From Octopus vulgaris (Eukaryota), in NCBI GenBank assembly GCA_951406725.2, contig OX597821.1:111042001-111106000 (forward strand): a DNA stretch of 64,000 nucleotides. Direction: 5' to 3'. The translations under genes and the position numbers were made by a program. The notes below the pieces were generated by a model. The model saw only the letters and a program-made list of their open reading frames with translations. It did not search any database and was not told the DNA's origin. Each line of letters opens with the position of its first letter. The stretch's first letter is position 1. Below are positions 1-47,089 of the stretch, piece by piece.

Positions 1-272
1 ATGACTCAACAGACAATTGGGAGCCTTTAACTTGCCCGATCTGTTAAAAGTAGCAGTTAAATTTCCTTCAGTTTATATTTTAGTCTTAAAAAATGAGACG
101 ACATTCAGACCATTATAGTCAAATAAAACAATCTTTCACTCGAAAACAGGATGATTTTTCTCGGGTGTCGTCTACAAAGCAGAGCCCGCGCTTGGCGCCA
201 GTTTTACTGAATATTTTATTTAGAAATAGTAATAATTGTTATAAACCCAAAGTGGAATATCTAAGTTTAAAA

Positions 273-771
273 CTTACTTGTGACGGCGTTCACCCAGGGC
301 GGGTTGAGCCGGCTTCTTCTCTGGTCCTGACGGCATCACGAACCATGGCGGCCGTGCGAGGTCACTGGAGGTAGCGAGCCATTCGCGGTTCCATCTGCGC
401 AGACCGACCACTGCGGACTTGATATTTCGGAGAGGTCCTCCTTTATTGTCGTTGCCCAGGTCTTCAGCTGTCCGCCCGTGCATCTGCGGCCAGCTGGGAA
501 GTGGAGGTGGGAGGAGGACATCGCGAATCAGCTCACCCTCTGGACGCCGGGCTGCATGACCGAACCACCTTAAGCGCCGTTGTAGAAGCACCCAAGGGAG
601 GGGACCGGAGATTCAGGTGATGACGAAGACCGGCTGTATGGACCCGACCAATGCGTCGGCAGCGAAGAATGCTGTGGAGACAGTCATTGTCGAACATCTC
701 CAGCTTTCGCTAATCGGCTACCCTCATAGGCCATGTTTCACAACCATAGAGGAGGATAGCAGAAAACAAAT
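273..771 (-). mobile_element. 5'-truncated RTE-clade LINE, 3' end of ORF2 (degenerate)
   Basis: Minus strand reads ILLYGCETWPMRVAD*RKLEMFDNDCLHSIL...LLQRRLRWFGHAARRPEGELIRDVL...GGQLKTWATTIKEDL, typical of RTE RT C-termini. A 13-bp TSD TCTAAGTTTAAAA is at 260-272 and 772-784. Confidence 0.85.
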
Positions 772-813
772 TCTAAGTTTAAAAGGTTTTAATCAACTAA
801 AAATACTGTAATC

Positions 814-1260
814 GGATCTTTTCGGTTTGAACGGCAGTTTTTTCTAGCGGTGTCATATGAAATTGTCACCCATAATTATGACCCTATTATGCATTTCAAT
901 CTCTTTTAGGGTTAATTAGGGATAGGGTTAGGGTTAGGGTTAGGGTTAGAGTTAGAGTTAGGGATGGGGGGAAGGGTATCTTTTTTCTTCACAAATGTAA
1001 ATAAACCCAATCTGTTTCTTAAACGAGGGACATATTGATACGGCACAGAATGCTTTTCAACTCAATAGACGTCAGTGATTGGTTGAAATTGCAGAAATTG
1101 AAGAAAAAAAACAACAAATATCTTACAAACTATAGAATTTTCTCAATAAAGCCAAGAGAAAAAGATGTTTTATAAACACATTCTACCAGTATACGAAGTT
1201 TAAATTTTTTTAGTTACCTAGAAATTATGTTAAAAACTGCCGTTCAAACCGAAAAGATCC
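814..1260. mobile_element. MITE with 28-bp TIRs and internal (TTAGGG)n-like tract
   Basis: GGATCTTTTCGGTTTGAACGGCAGTTTT at 814-841 has an exact reverse complement ending at 1260. 8-bp TSD CTGTAATC/CAGTAATC (1 mismatch). TTAGGG/TTAGAG units at about 916-963. Confidence 0.85.
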
Positions 1261-1290
1261 CAGTAATCTACAATACAAACATTGTTAAAT

Positions 1291-1621
1291 TGTAAGCAAA
1301 ACCAAACTTCAACACAATAACAGTTTTATGCAGCGAGTTGCTGCAGTCTCGACTAACTAAAAACCAACACTGAATACGTTGTGCCGTAAACACAACAGAA
1401 CTCTGCGCAGTTGCACTGGAATTAAAACCGTGTTTCGTGGTCTGCTACCACAACAGCTCCTTTATAGGATCCAGTTAGCTCAAGACATCATAAGGAGGAA
1501 CCACGTCCGGTTTCGACCCCTACTCCTTAACCGTTTTGACGTGGCGAGGCCTCCCCTTACAGAGGTGTTCTCAGCTCTGGTGTTAGGCTGAAGACACCTC
1601 CGAAAGGAAGGGGGGGCCACA
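1291..1621 (-). mobile_element. possible solo LTR
   Basis: TG...CA termini, with TATAAA (1461-1466) and a downstream ATAAAA on the minus strand. GC-richer than the flanks. No convincing TSD. Confidence 0.35.
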
Positions 1622-2202
1622 AGTAAAATAACAGCAATGGAGACAATCAAAATTACCTGATCAAAACTAAAATCACAACAATAATAATAATAACAATAAA
1701 TACCCTCGTAATTTTATGACTTGTCTTTATCTCGATTCATTTATCAGTTTATTACAATATGAATAAACTTTATTATTATTCGAAGTCTCCATAGTATTTA
1801 AAATGTCTTTATTCTGTTCGGTTTGAGCGTATTCGTACCGCAAATGAACAATACTGTGTAATACTTACACTAAACAGTGTTCACGTAACACTGGTAAGGC
1901 ATCTAATATGCACGTGCCTTCTTTGATGTGTAAATAGGTTCTCTTAATCTAACCAGTGATTATGCTAATCTGACTCATGATTATAATTTGAGAAAAATAC
2001 TCATATACCCTACAAGGCAAGGCCTATCAGCACACTGTACCGGTATCCTTAGAGGTTCAAAACTTAAGTTCAACCAGCCATAGAAATATATAGAAATCAG
2101 AATTTTGTTTCCGAAGTTGGTGGACAGAGATTCAACCTAAATTATTCCTGGGAATCACGACTTGTAATCGAGGATATACCCTACGAATATATTGTACAAC
2201 CG

Positions 2203-2570
2203 TACATTATTTACATTATTTACATTATTTACAGTATTTATAATTGACGGATATTTGTCCTCATCTTGTTTGTTGCTAACACAACGTTTCGGCTGATATA
2301 CCCTCTAGCACTTCATAAGGTGTCTTGGAGAAATTTCGAATCTGGATTCTCATTCCTAAGGTATTTTGTGATGTTATTATTATTAGTAGTAGTAGTTGTA
2401 TTAGTATTAGTATTAGGAATGAGAACCCAGGTTCGAAATTTCCCCAGGACACCTGATGAAGGCTGGGGGATATATCAGCCGAAATGTTGACAACAAACAA
2501 GGTGAGGGCAAATATCCGTCAAATGTAAATAATGTACATAATTCCTCATCTCTTAAATATAGAACTGTAC
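2203..2570 (+). mobile_element. Penelope-like non-autonomous insert (family H1): inverted arms, tail and degenerate hammerhead motifs
   Basis: Inverted arms surround a (TAT/TAG)n centre. 10-bp TSD TGTACAACCG at 2193-2202 and 2571-2580. Same family as 11076-11668. CTGATGA...GAAA motif at 2448-2490. Confidence 0.75.
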
Positions 2571-2696
2571 TGTACAACCGATTCCAAAACCAAAAATATC
2601 CGAATTCCAAAACATGTCTGGTTCCAAGGGTTTCGATAGAGATATAGGTACTTTGGTTTCAGCTGAAAGGCCTTTCGTTATAAAGATACTCGAACA

Positions 2697-3107
2697 GGGC
2701 AGGAGTGGCTGTGTGGTAAGTAGGTTGCTTACCAAGCACTTGGTTCCGGGTTCAGTCCCACTGCGTGGCACCTTGGGCAAGTGTCTTCTATTATAGCCTC
2801 GGTCCGACCAAAGCTTTGTGAGTGGATTTGGTAGACAGAAACTGAAAGAAGTCTGTCGTATATATGTATGTGTGTGTGTGTGTGTGTGTCTGTGTGTCTG
2901 TATGTCTGTGTTTGTCCCCCCAACATCGCTTGGCAACCGATGGTAGTGTGTTTACGTCTCCGTAACTTAGCGGTTCGGCAAAAGATGCTGATAGAATAAA
3001 TACTAAGCTTACAAAGCTTAGAATAAGTACCAAGCTGGGTCGATTTGCTTGACTAAAGGTGGTGCTCCAGCATGGCCGCAGTCAAATGACTAAAACAAGT
3101 AAAAGAG
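2697..3107 (+). mobile_element. tRNA-derived SINE family A (head GGCGCAGGAGTGGCTGTGTGGTAAG, CORE-like CCTTGGGCAAGT, internal TA/TG microsatellite)
   Basis: Similar copies at 24085-24492, 61628-62022 and 63001-63418 (+) and 22197-22558, 36613-36984 and 45110-45482 (-). Partial copies at 5855-6060, 19050-19450, 43833-44060, 58805-59030, 61490-61612 and 63788-63945. Confidence 0.85.
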
Positions 3108-3482
3108 TAGGGCAGATATCAAACTAAACAGCATCAACAACAACAACAACAACATGTTGTCTATAACAAACTACCAGTAAAAAAAAAAGGGGGAAATAGA
3201 AAAAAATTGAAATATACAAAACAGTGAAACAGGACTTTAAGTTCAATTTCAGACATTGTCCTGCCTGAAAATGTTCTTACAGTTTCCGATTATCAAATCC
3301 ACTCATAAAGCTGTGGTCGGTCCGAGTCTATGGTAGAAGTCAATATGCAGCTGGACGGAAACCGGATCCAGGTGGTCTGGAAGCAAAACTGCTTGCCAGA
3401 CAGCCACGCCAATGCCTCTACTGCTTCGCCGATGAATTAGATTGCAACGAGCCTTTAAGGAGCTCATAAAGCGAGAGAAGCA

Positions 3483-3560
<78 letters not shown>

Positions 3561-3571
3561 ATATGAATAAA

Positions 3572-3957
3572 TAAATGAATGGAGTTGAACGAAGATGTTA
3601 ACAAAATTCCTTTACTCTCGACATATGTTTCGAAGACAACATGGTTTCATTCCAAAGGAATCTTCTCATCAGGAAAGAAAGGGAGCCTCTCTCAACAACA
3701 AGACAAACAAAAATTGCGATGACTGCCTACATGGTAAACAAAACGATAATAAGTGTTTTTAAAAAAACCGTTAGTAGAATTGACGTCAAAGTTAGATAGT
3801 AGGAAGAGAAGGGTTAAAGGAATAATAGGTAGGGAACAAGTGGAGAGGGAAGGGTACGTTGATTAAAAGAATGTTCAAAGGCTTAGGAAAGAATTTCGCT
3901 ATTGAAGTGGAGTGCATGTTAAGCTAATTGTTCAAACCACAATGACTATAGTAATCA
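3572..3957 (-). mobile_element. Penelope-like insert carrying a hammerhead motif
   Basis: 14-bp TSD TTTATATGAATAAA at 3558-3571 and 3958-3971. Contains the hammerhead at 3615-3677. Confidence 0.65.
3615..3677 (-). ncRNA. minimal type I hammerhead ribozyme motif (canonical core)
   Basis: Minus strand reads CTTTC-CTGATGA-GAAGA-(24 nt loop)-TCTTC-GAAA-CATATG-TC-GAGAG. Stems I and II pair, and stem III is a short palindrome. Confidence 0.7.
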
Positions 3958-4182
3958 TTTATATGAATAAAAAGTATGTTTCTGCCAGTGTTTACATTTG
4001 TACGATTTCTCTATGAGAGTGTTTACAAGGGGAACCTTAGAGAAGAGAATATGGAAGAGTTCAGAGTTATTTCACCGTGTTTCTGACGTGAATTTGCTAC
4101 CCTGGTATCGGTTCATCGAATTTTCCATGTTGACGGTAAACATAGGATAATTCATTCACCTATCGATATATATATATATATG

Positions 4183-4250
<68 letters not shown>

Positions 4251-4454
4251 GGTTTTTTTTTCTTCCGCTTTTAATTCGTAGTTAATTTTGACCGTCCACC
4301 TACTTGGTAGCAAGATCGTGAAGGAAAGTACCTTGTTTCGTTTATCGTCTTTTAAATCTTAAGAATTTTTATTGTGAAAGATAACTTGATCGTTTTGTAT
4401 GCATGTATGTATGTACATACGTATGTAGCTAAGCACGTACAACGTATGTATGTG

Positions 4455-4703
4455 ACTGGCACTCCGTCTGTTGCGACGACGAGCGGCACAGTTGATCCCA
4501 TCAACCGAACAGCCTGTTGGTGAAATTAACGAGCAAGTGGCTGAGTACTCCACAGACAAGCGTCCCATTCTTGCTAGCCGAGTGTCCCAGAACAATGTGA
4601 AATAAAGTGTCTTGTTCAAAATCACAATGCGCCACCGGGAAGCGAACTCACGATCATACGAGTGTGAACTCTATTCCCTAACAACTAAGCCACATGCCTT
4701 CAC
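4455..4703 (-). mobile_element. tRNA-derived SINE family C-like copy
   Basis: tRNA-like head on the minus strand at about 4630-4703. Body related to 18850-18980. Confidence 0.6.
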
Positions 4704-4856
4704 GTATGTCATTGTTCAGTTTCATTTCAAGATTTCTTGTCAATAGAGAGAAGGGCTGGTTTCTGACCTAGATCCAAGAATCCTTCATTGAAATATCAAC
4801 AGTATCAACAGTGTATTTTTTATGCATGTATGTACGTACGTATGTATGTATGTATG

Positions 4857-4890
<34 letters not shown>

Positions 4891-4959
4891 TGTATGTATG
4901 TATGTATGTATGTATGTATTCTCATGCATATAGTTGCATATATAGACATGCTCATAAAT

Positions 4960-5308
4960 ATTTAAATGATAAACTTCTGGAAACTTTTACAGATTTTTAC
5001 AGTTCCAGTGATGGACTGGATCTGTAGTCTTCGAATTAGCTTTCTCCTTTATGGTTTTGAGAAGCCTAATTTCTCAAGATTGGTATTTAGGTAGTGTGTT
5101 ACATATCCCAGGGCCCAATAATTACAGATATAAACCTGAACTCGTAATCTGAAGATTTCTCTTTTTCACTGATCTTCAGCTTTATGTTAACATCCGCTGG
5201 TCAACTAAATGCCACAATTGTGCACAGTTTCTCTTTTCTATCCCAGATCATTATATCCGGTCTGTTAAGCTTACATTTTATTGGGGTCTTCACTGGTACA
5301 TTCCACCG
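4960..5308 (-). mobile_element. LINE fragment with restriction-like endonuclease domain (R4/Dong/NeSL-type), degenerate
   Basis: Minus strand reads WNVPVKTPIKCKLNRPDIMIWDRKEKLCTIVAFS*PADVNIKLKISEKE...FRFISVIIG, the RPD...E...K pattern of the RLE domain. The 3' end lies close to a (TACA)n tract. Confidence 0.65.
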
Positions 5309-5455
5309 TTTGTTTATTTGTTTGTTTGTAAAAGAGAATCAGAGAAAATCTAAAGTAGATATCTTCATAATATTTTAACGAAAATAAGTTTTTGTTCCGG
5401 GAACTGCTTTGATCCAAATTCTTAAATGTGTGTTTATTTCTATTTCATACTTCAG

Positions 5456-40555
<35,100 letters not shown>

Positions 40556-41070
40556 AGTGTTATTAAATCCTCATTTCTAATATTTGTGGATTTTTTAAAA
40601 AAAGTATTTTTAAATTAAATTGGACAGGAAATCCAACAAAAGTTCAGACGATTTACCAAAAAGCAAAAAAAAATAAATAAACAAGAATAAAATCTTCATA
40701 ATTCATTGATAAAAAGAGTTCATCTCTCAATTAAATAAAGTGGTTTGAAAGAACGACTGAAAAAAAAACAGAAAACAGTTTTTTTTTGGAGGTCACCTAA
40801 AAAAAGGTCTCTTCGTGTTGTTCTTTAAGAAATGTGTGTGTGTGTGTGTGGATGCATGTATCTATGTGTGAATGTATATATGTATGTTTATATGTACGCA
40901 TGTTTATTTTTAAGATTCTTTTTCCATTGCAGAATTCTAACTTGTAACTGACAAAATGGCGAGACTCTTGTTTGAATCAAGACAGGACAGCTCTTGGAGA
41001 GATCTTGTGTGTATATATGTTTGCATGTATGATGTATGTATGTGCGTACGGAGGTATGTATATGTGTGTT

Positions 41071-41305
41071 AAGGCGGCGAGCTGGCAGAAACGTTAGCAC
41101 GCCGGGCGAAATTCTTAGCGGTATTTCGTCTGCCGTTACGTTCTGAGTTCAAATTCCGCCGAGGTCGACTTTGCCTTTCATCCTTTCGGGGTCGATTAAA
41201 TAAGTACCAGTTACGCACTGGGATCGATATAATCGACTTAATCCCTTCGTCTGTCCTTGTTTGTCCTCTCTGTGTTTAGCCCTTTGTGGGTAGTAAAGAA
41301 ATAGG
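41071..41305 (+). mobile_element. SINE family B, monomer
   Basis: Complete head, core and tail. Confidence 0.85.
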
Positions 41306-42249
41306 TATGTATATGTGTGTGGGTGTGTGTGTGTGTGTGTGTGTGAATGCATGTATGTACGAATGTATGTGTGTGTATGAACTTATGTATAAATGTGTAT
41401 ATGTATGTATGAATCTATGTTCACATTATATGTATGTATATGAGTGTAAATATGAATGTATGTGTCCAGCGCTACATTGTCAAATATATCCTTCTTCTTT
41501 GAAGTATTGGGATATAATTTAAGATTTAACTACCATTTCTAGCAAGTCGAATGACCTCGTGTACGATCCCTCAACTGTCCAACTCGTCTTTTCGTCATCA
41601 AAACCACCGCCACCATCACCATCATCATGATCGTCATCACGTCGTCGTCACAGTCATTATTATTATTGTCGACTTTGCCTTTCATCCTTTCGGGGTCGAT
41701 AAATAAAGTACCAGTTTCACACTGGGGTCGGTGTAATCGACTTAATCCCTTTTTCTGTCCTTCTTTGTCCCCTCTATGTTTAGCCTCTTGTGGGCAATAA
41801 AGAAATAAATTATTATTATTATTATTATTAAGGCGGTTGTAGCATTTCTCCCTGTTCATTACGTTCTGAGTTCAAATCCCGCCCAAGTCGACTTAGCACT
41901 TCATTCTTTCGTGATCGATAAAATAAGTATCAGTCGATATAATTGACTACCCCCCCCCCAAGATATCAGACACTCCCTTCAGGTGTTTAAGTCATTTAGT
42001 TTCGAATTCAATACTTAGTTCAGCCTACATTTTATTTTATTGATCAAATCTTACTGTTTCTTCCGGGTCAACTTCTGGTCTACTTTCCGCGTTTAACTGT
42101 AAGGGAGGCGACTCTTGCCAAGTTGTCTTCTCCTGCTTTGTCTCTGCCCATCCTCGATGCGTGATGGAAGCACGGAATAAGGAAATATACATCATCTCCC
42201 TTTATCGATTCCCTGCCTCTGTCCATGATTGTGCATGGAGCCAAAGTTC

Positions 42250-42815
42250 GGATCTTTTCGCTTTGACCGGCAGTTTTTTTAAATAATTTCCACGTAACTA
42301 AACACTTTTAAACTTCGTATACTGGTAGAATGTGTTTATAAAACATCTTTTTCTCTTGGCTTTCTTGAGAAAATTCTGTAGTTTGTAAGATATATGTTGT
42401 TTATTTTCTTGCATTTCGGCAATTTCAACCAATCAATGACGTCTATTGAGGTGAAAACGATTTCTGCCGTAGTGTGTCGACAACATTTTCTGACGGTGTC
42501 ATATCAATGTGTCCCTGTTATTTATGACATATTTCATATCAGTTACGTTCGTATGAATAAAAGATTATTGTTATTAAACTTTTATTAATAAACACCTATT
42601 CTAAGTTCACAACATATGCAGTTTTAATTTTCCTCTCAACTCTAACCCTAAAACATTGAAATGCAATAGATCGATACTAGGGTCATAATTATGGGTGGAC
42701 ACTAAAGAGGGAACGGTTTTTTTATTCAGCTGTTTACGAGTGACCCCTCATCTTATGGCCACAGCGTATCTTTTTTCTCATAAATAATAGGGACATTTTC
42801 ATATGATACCGCCAG
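42250..42815 (-). mobile_element. second, inverted and truncated copy of the 814-1260 MITE
   Basis: Starts with the TIR GGATCTTTTCGCTTTGACCGGCAGTTTT and the body matches the reverse complement of 814-1260. 42792-42815 matches the reverse complement of 844-867 (21/24). The second TIR is missing. Confidence 0.75.
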
Positions 42816-43669
42816 CTCTTTGGGCACATGTGCGGCCCTTGCACCTCCAAACTAACATGCGCGCGCAGTTGATTGGTGACAGCGGATCCGCTGCATTCTC
42901 CAGGGACTTTTTATCGCTCGGTGAAAATAGGATGCTGGCTGATGCGGACGGCTGCGTTCAATTGGACTCACTTTGCACCACTGTCGACACCCCTGCTAGC
43001 CACTGGGACGCTGTCTTCCATGACCTACAAAACAATTTACGCGACCTAAAATGGCTGGCAGGCAGAGCTATTCTCGCACCCAAAAATACAACCATCAACT
43101 CCATCAATATCCAGCTACTTGAAGCTATTCCTGGTGATGTCCACGTCTACAAATCTATTGATAGGACAGCAGACCCCGCCGAGTTTGCCGATTATCCTGT
43201 TGAATTCTTGAATTCACTTGAACCGCCAGGCCTGCCGCCACACATCCTGAAGTTAAAAGTCGGTGCGCCCATTATGCTCATCAGGAATTTGGTTCCACCT
43301 AAACAGTGCAACGGCACACGTCTGGTTGTGAAACATTTGGCACCACATTTAATAACGGCCACAATACTTACCGGTTGTGGGAAGGGAGAGGATGTCTTCA
43401 TTCCACGCATGCACCTTCAACTGTCGGGCGCTGACCTACCAATCCACTTCAGGCGTTCTCAGTTTCCTGTTAAACTCTGCTTCGCAATGTCCATCAATAA
43501 ATCCCAAGGCCAAACGCTACAAGTCGCTGGGTTACATTTGGGCGAACAGTGCTTCGCCCACGGTCAACTCTACGTGAGCTGTTCACGCGTTGGGAGGCGC
43601 AATGATGTTTTCAGGTTTTCGCCCAGAGGGACAGCTAGGAACGTCGTATACACAGAAGTATTGGAGTGA
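42803..43669 (+). CDS. Helitron PIF1-like helicase, C-terminal remnant (288 aa, motifs IV-VI only)
   Basis: LQTNMRA, RAILAPKN, EFLNSLEPPGLPPHILKLKVGAPIMLIRNL, CNGTRL, QFPVKLCFAMSINKSQGQTL and FAHGQLYVSCSRV. Intronless. No Walker A/B or Rep domain. Confidence 0.88.
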   Translation: MIPPALWAHVRPLHLQTNMRAQLIGDSGSAAFSRDFLSLGENRMLADADGCVQLDSLCTTVDTPASHWDAVFHDLQNNLRDLKWLAGRAILAPKNTTINSINIQLLEAIPGDVHVYKSIDRTADPAEFADYPVEFLNSLEPPGLPPHILKLKVGAPIMLIRNLVPPKQCNGTRLVVKHLAPHLITATILTGCGKGEDVFIPRMHLQLSGADLPIHFRRSQFPVKLCFAMSINKSQGQTLQVAGLHLGEQCFAHGQLYVSCSRVGRRNDVFRFSPRGTARNVVYTEVLE

Positions 43670-43791
43670 AGAGAAGACATTGCAACCTACACATGCACCT
43701 TCATTCCCTAGAGGGAAAGGACTAGATCGGGATTAGTCGTTGCCTACTAGGAGCTCTTACATACCCGGGCAACGCCGGGCTATGCTGCTAG
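42816..43791 (+). mobile_element. Helitron 3' fragment with intact terminus
   Basis: Hairpin CCCGG-gcaacg-CCGGG at 43764-43779, then CTAG at 43788-43791 followed by T of a (TA)n tract. Confidence 0.88.
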
Positions 43792-43835
<44 letters not shown>

Positions 43836-44149
43836 TGTGTGTGTTTGTGTGTCTGTGTTTGTCCCCTAGTATTGCTTGACAACCGATGCTGGTGTGTTTA
43901 TGTCCCCCGTCACTTAGCAGTTCGGCAAAAGAGACCGATAGAATAAGTACTGGGCTTACAAAAGAATAAGTCCCGGGGTCGAGTTGCTCGATTAAAGGCA
44001 GTGCTCCAGCATGGCCGCAGTCAAATGACTGAAACAGGGAAAAGAGTACAAGAGTAAAGAATAAATTGTGCCTCGTACGGGCACAGAAAAATGGACGTTA
44101 AAACGAATGATGACGACGATGACGAAGATGATGATGATTTTTGCAGAGA

Positions 44150-44450
44150 TAGAGGTGCCAGGTAGAAAACATCCATGCTAGTGCCAAGTAAAAAGCACCG
44201 GTGCTGGTGCCACGTAAAAGGCACTTGTGCTGGTATCACATATAAAGCAACTGTACTGGCACCAGGTAAAAAGCACTGTTTCCAGTGGCACATAAAAAGG
44301 AACCAAGTACACTTTGTAAAGTGGTCGGCATTAGGAAGGGCATCCAGCTGTGGAAACCATGCCAAAACAATGGAGCCTGGCGCAGCCCCACGGCTTGCCA
44401 GCTCCTGTCAAACCATCCAGCCTATGCCAGCATGGACAATGGGTTATGAT
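44150..44450 (+). mobile_element. repeat family D with short tandem head units, followed by long (GAT)n
   Basis: GTGCCA..TAAAA(A)GCAC units, GGAAGGGCATCCAGC core, and (GAT)n to about 44600. Confidence 0.7.
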
Positions 44451-45841
44451 GATGATGATACTGATGACAATGATGATGATGATGATAATGCTGATGATGA
44501 AAATGATGATATTGATGATGCTGATGATGATGACAATGATTACTGGTGATGATGGTGACGAAAATGATGGTGATGATGAGATTATGATGACAACGATGAT
44601 GACACAGACTATTTTTAAATATCTTTGAAATTTTCTGTTTATTTCTTTAAAAAAGAAACACCTTTCAGTTTATTTGTACAAATATTTCTGTCGATTCAAA
44701 ACAAAAAGAATTATAAAATTATAACAACAACAACAACAATAAACAGAACAACAACATCTGCAACGGATAAGAAGCAGCAAACAGAGAGTTTTGATTGGAG
44801 GAGAGAGAGAGTGACTGAGAGAGGAGGGAGAGAGAGATAGAGAGAGACTGAGTGAGAGGGGAGAGAGAGAGAAACTGAGTGACTGAGAGGGTGTGTGTGT
44901 GAGAGAGAGAGAAAGAGTGTATGCATGTTTATATGTGTATCTATGCATCAGTGTGTGTGTGTGAAAGAGTGTATGTGTGAAAGAGTGTATGTGTAAGATG
45001 GTGTGTGTGTGTGCTTGTATGTGCATTCATTCATCAGTGTGTGTGTGTGTATGTGACAGAGAGAGTATATGTGCATGTCTGTGTGTCGATGTATGAGTCA
45101 ATGTTTTTTATCTTCTACATGTTCCAGTCATTTAGACTGTGGCCATGCTGGGGCACCACATTGAAAAATCTTAGTCAAACGAATCGACCCCAGTGATTTT
45201 TTTTTCCCTTTTATTTCAAGCTTGGTACTTATTCAATTGGACACTTTGTGTCGATCCTTAAAGTTACGGGGATGTAAACACACCAACACTGGTTGTCAAG
45301 CAGTGGTGGGGGACAAAAACAGACACACACCCAATGGGCTCCTTTCAGTTTTCAAATCCACTCTCAAGGCTTTGATCAGCCCAACGGTAAAATAGAAGAC
45401 ACTTGGCCAAGGTGCCATGCAGTGGGACTGAACCTGGATCCATGTGGTTGGGAAGCAAGCTTCTTACTGCACAACCATGCCTGCATCTGTAAGCATCCGG
45501 CAAGCTGCTACACAGAATCAAACCCTAAACTCTCAGATTCCAGCTGAGCGCTGTGTACCATTAAGCTAAGTGACCCCTACATCTTTTATTCTCTCTCTCC
45601 CTCCCTTTCTCTAATGATCTTTCACCTACTCCCACCTTTCTCTCTCTCTCTCCTCCAATCTTGACTGTTTCTCCTTTTCTCTCTCTCTCTCTCTCTCAAC
45701 ACACACACATTCGCATATATGGATCTTCAGTTTGAGGATTATTTCCTCCTGTCCGCTCGCCAGTCTTGGAAACTCTATAAAGAGTCGCAGGAACAGCCTT
45801 CCCTCCTAACCATCATCATCATCATCATCATTTAACATTTA

Positions 45842-46549
45842 CAGGGTGACCATAAACTCACGCACCATCCTGCAATAAGTGACATTGCTAACATCCTCTC
45901 CATTTTTAACCTTTTTTCCCAACTGCCAATATTACTCAAAAACAAATCCTCATTGGATGGAGGCAGAAAACCAACAAGGCAGGGACATGGTAATGGTATG
46001 GTATGGTATGGGATTTGGCACAATCAAGTAATTGAACCATTATATTTTGAGAGTTCTGTGACAGGTGATTCGTATCTGGACATGCTTGGAACAAGACGAT
46101 GCCTCATGTGCATTCACTTGGAAGGGGAAATCCCGTATGGTTTCAGCAGGATGGGGCTCCACCCCATTATACATTACAGGTTCGTGATTTCTTGAATGGA
46201 ACATTTTCCAGGGAGATGGTTCAGGCATCGTGGGCCAATTGAATGGGCACCACAGTCACCAGATTTAACTTGCATGGACTTTTCCTTCTGGGGCTACATA
46301 TAATCTCATGTATATTCTGAAAAGATTCATTACAAAGGACATCTTCTTCAAAGAATTGTTGAAGCATTTGAACAAGTCAACAGCAAGGAACAGCTATTTG
46401 TGAGGGTTCATCGCAATTTCAGATTCTGTATGAACACTTGCTTAGAGCAACATGGCCAACACTTTGGACATTTGTAATGGATCGTCTACTTCATTGCTAA
46501 TAAAGCATGCTTGATATCTCCCATGGTGCGTGACTTTGTGGCGACCCTG
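45842..46549 (+). mobile_element. internally deleted Tc1/mariner element of the DD41D (rosa-like) type
   Basis: 27-bp imperfect TIRs CAGGGTGACCATAAACTCACGCACCAT with TA on both sides. Reads WFQQDGAPPHYTLQVRDFLNGTF/PGRW...WAPQSPDLTCMDFSFWG, giving 41 residues between the last two catalytic Asp after correcting one frameshift. Confidence 0.85.
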
Positions 46550-46613
46550 TATATTTCAGATGCCAAAAACACGAAAATACATACATACAAAATGAAAAAA
46601 ACATTTAATAAGA

Positions 46614-46645
<32 letters not shown>

Positions 46646-46647
<2 letters not shown>

Positions 46648-47089
46648 GAAAGAAAAAAGATGTTCAGAATGCTGGATGGTTGTAAAAATATAAATTTATT
46701 TACATATCACATATTATTACTTCATATTAGTGCTTTCAACTACTCCTGTAGAAATATTGATATTTCAAAACAGTTCAATAAATTTTTTCTGTGACCATCA
46801 CCATTCTATCTGGATGGATGGATGGATGGATGGCTGAAATGCAACTACTGTTGCTGTGAGGCTGTATTCCTGTTTTTACGATGTGGTTCTATTTCACGCA
46901 GACAATTGGCTTTACAGTTCGGACATGCTCCCAAGTTCATTTTCTGATGAAACTACAGGAGTAGTTGAAAGCGCTAATATGAAGAAATAATATGTGATAT
47001 GTAAATAAATATATATTTTTACAACCATCCAGCATTCTGAACACCTTTTTTGTTTCATATGTATTAAATCTGTACATCACCCCCAATAC

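Noticed and set aside
916-963. TTAGGG repeats as a telomere or fusion site
   Set aside because: The tract is short and degenerate and lies inside a TIR-bounded MITE.
42803-43669. Host PIF1 helicase gene
   Set aside because: Intronless, lacks motifs I-III, and is followed by a Helitron hairpin and CTAG terminus.
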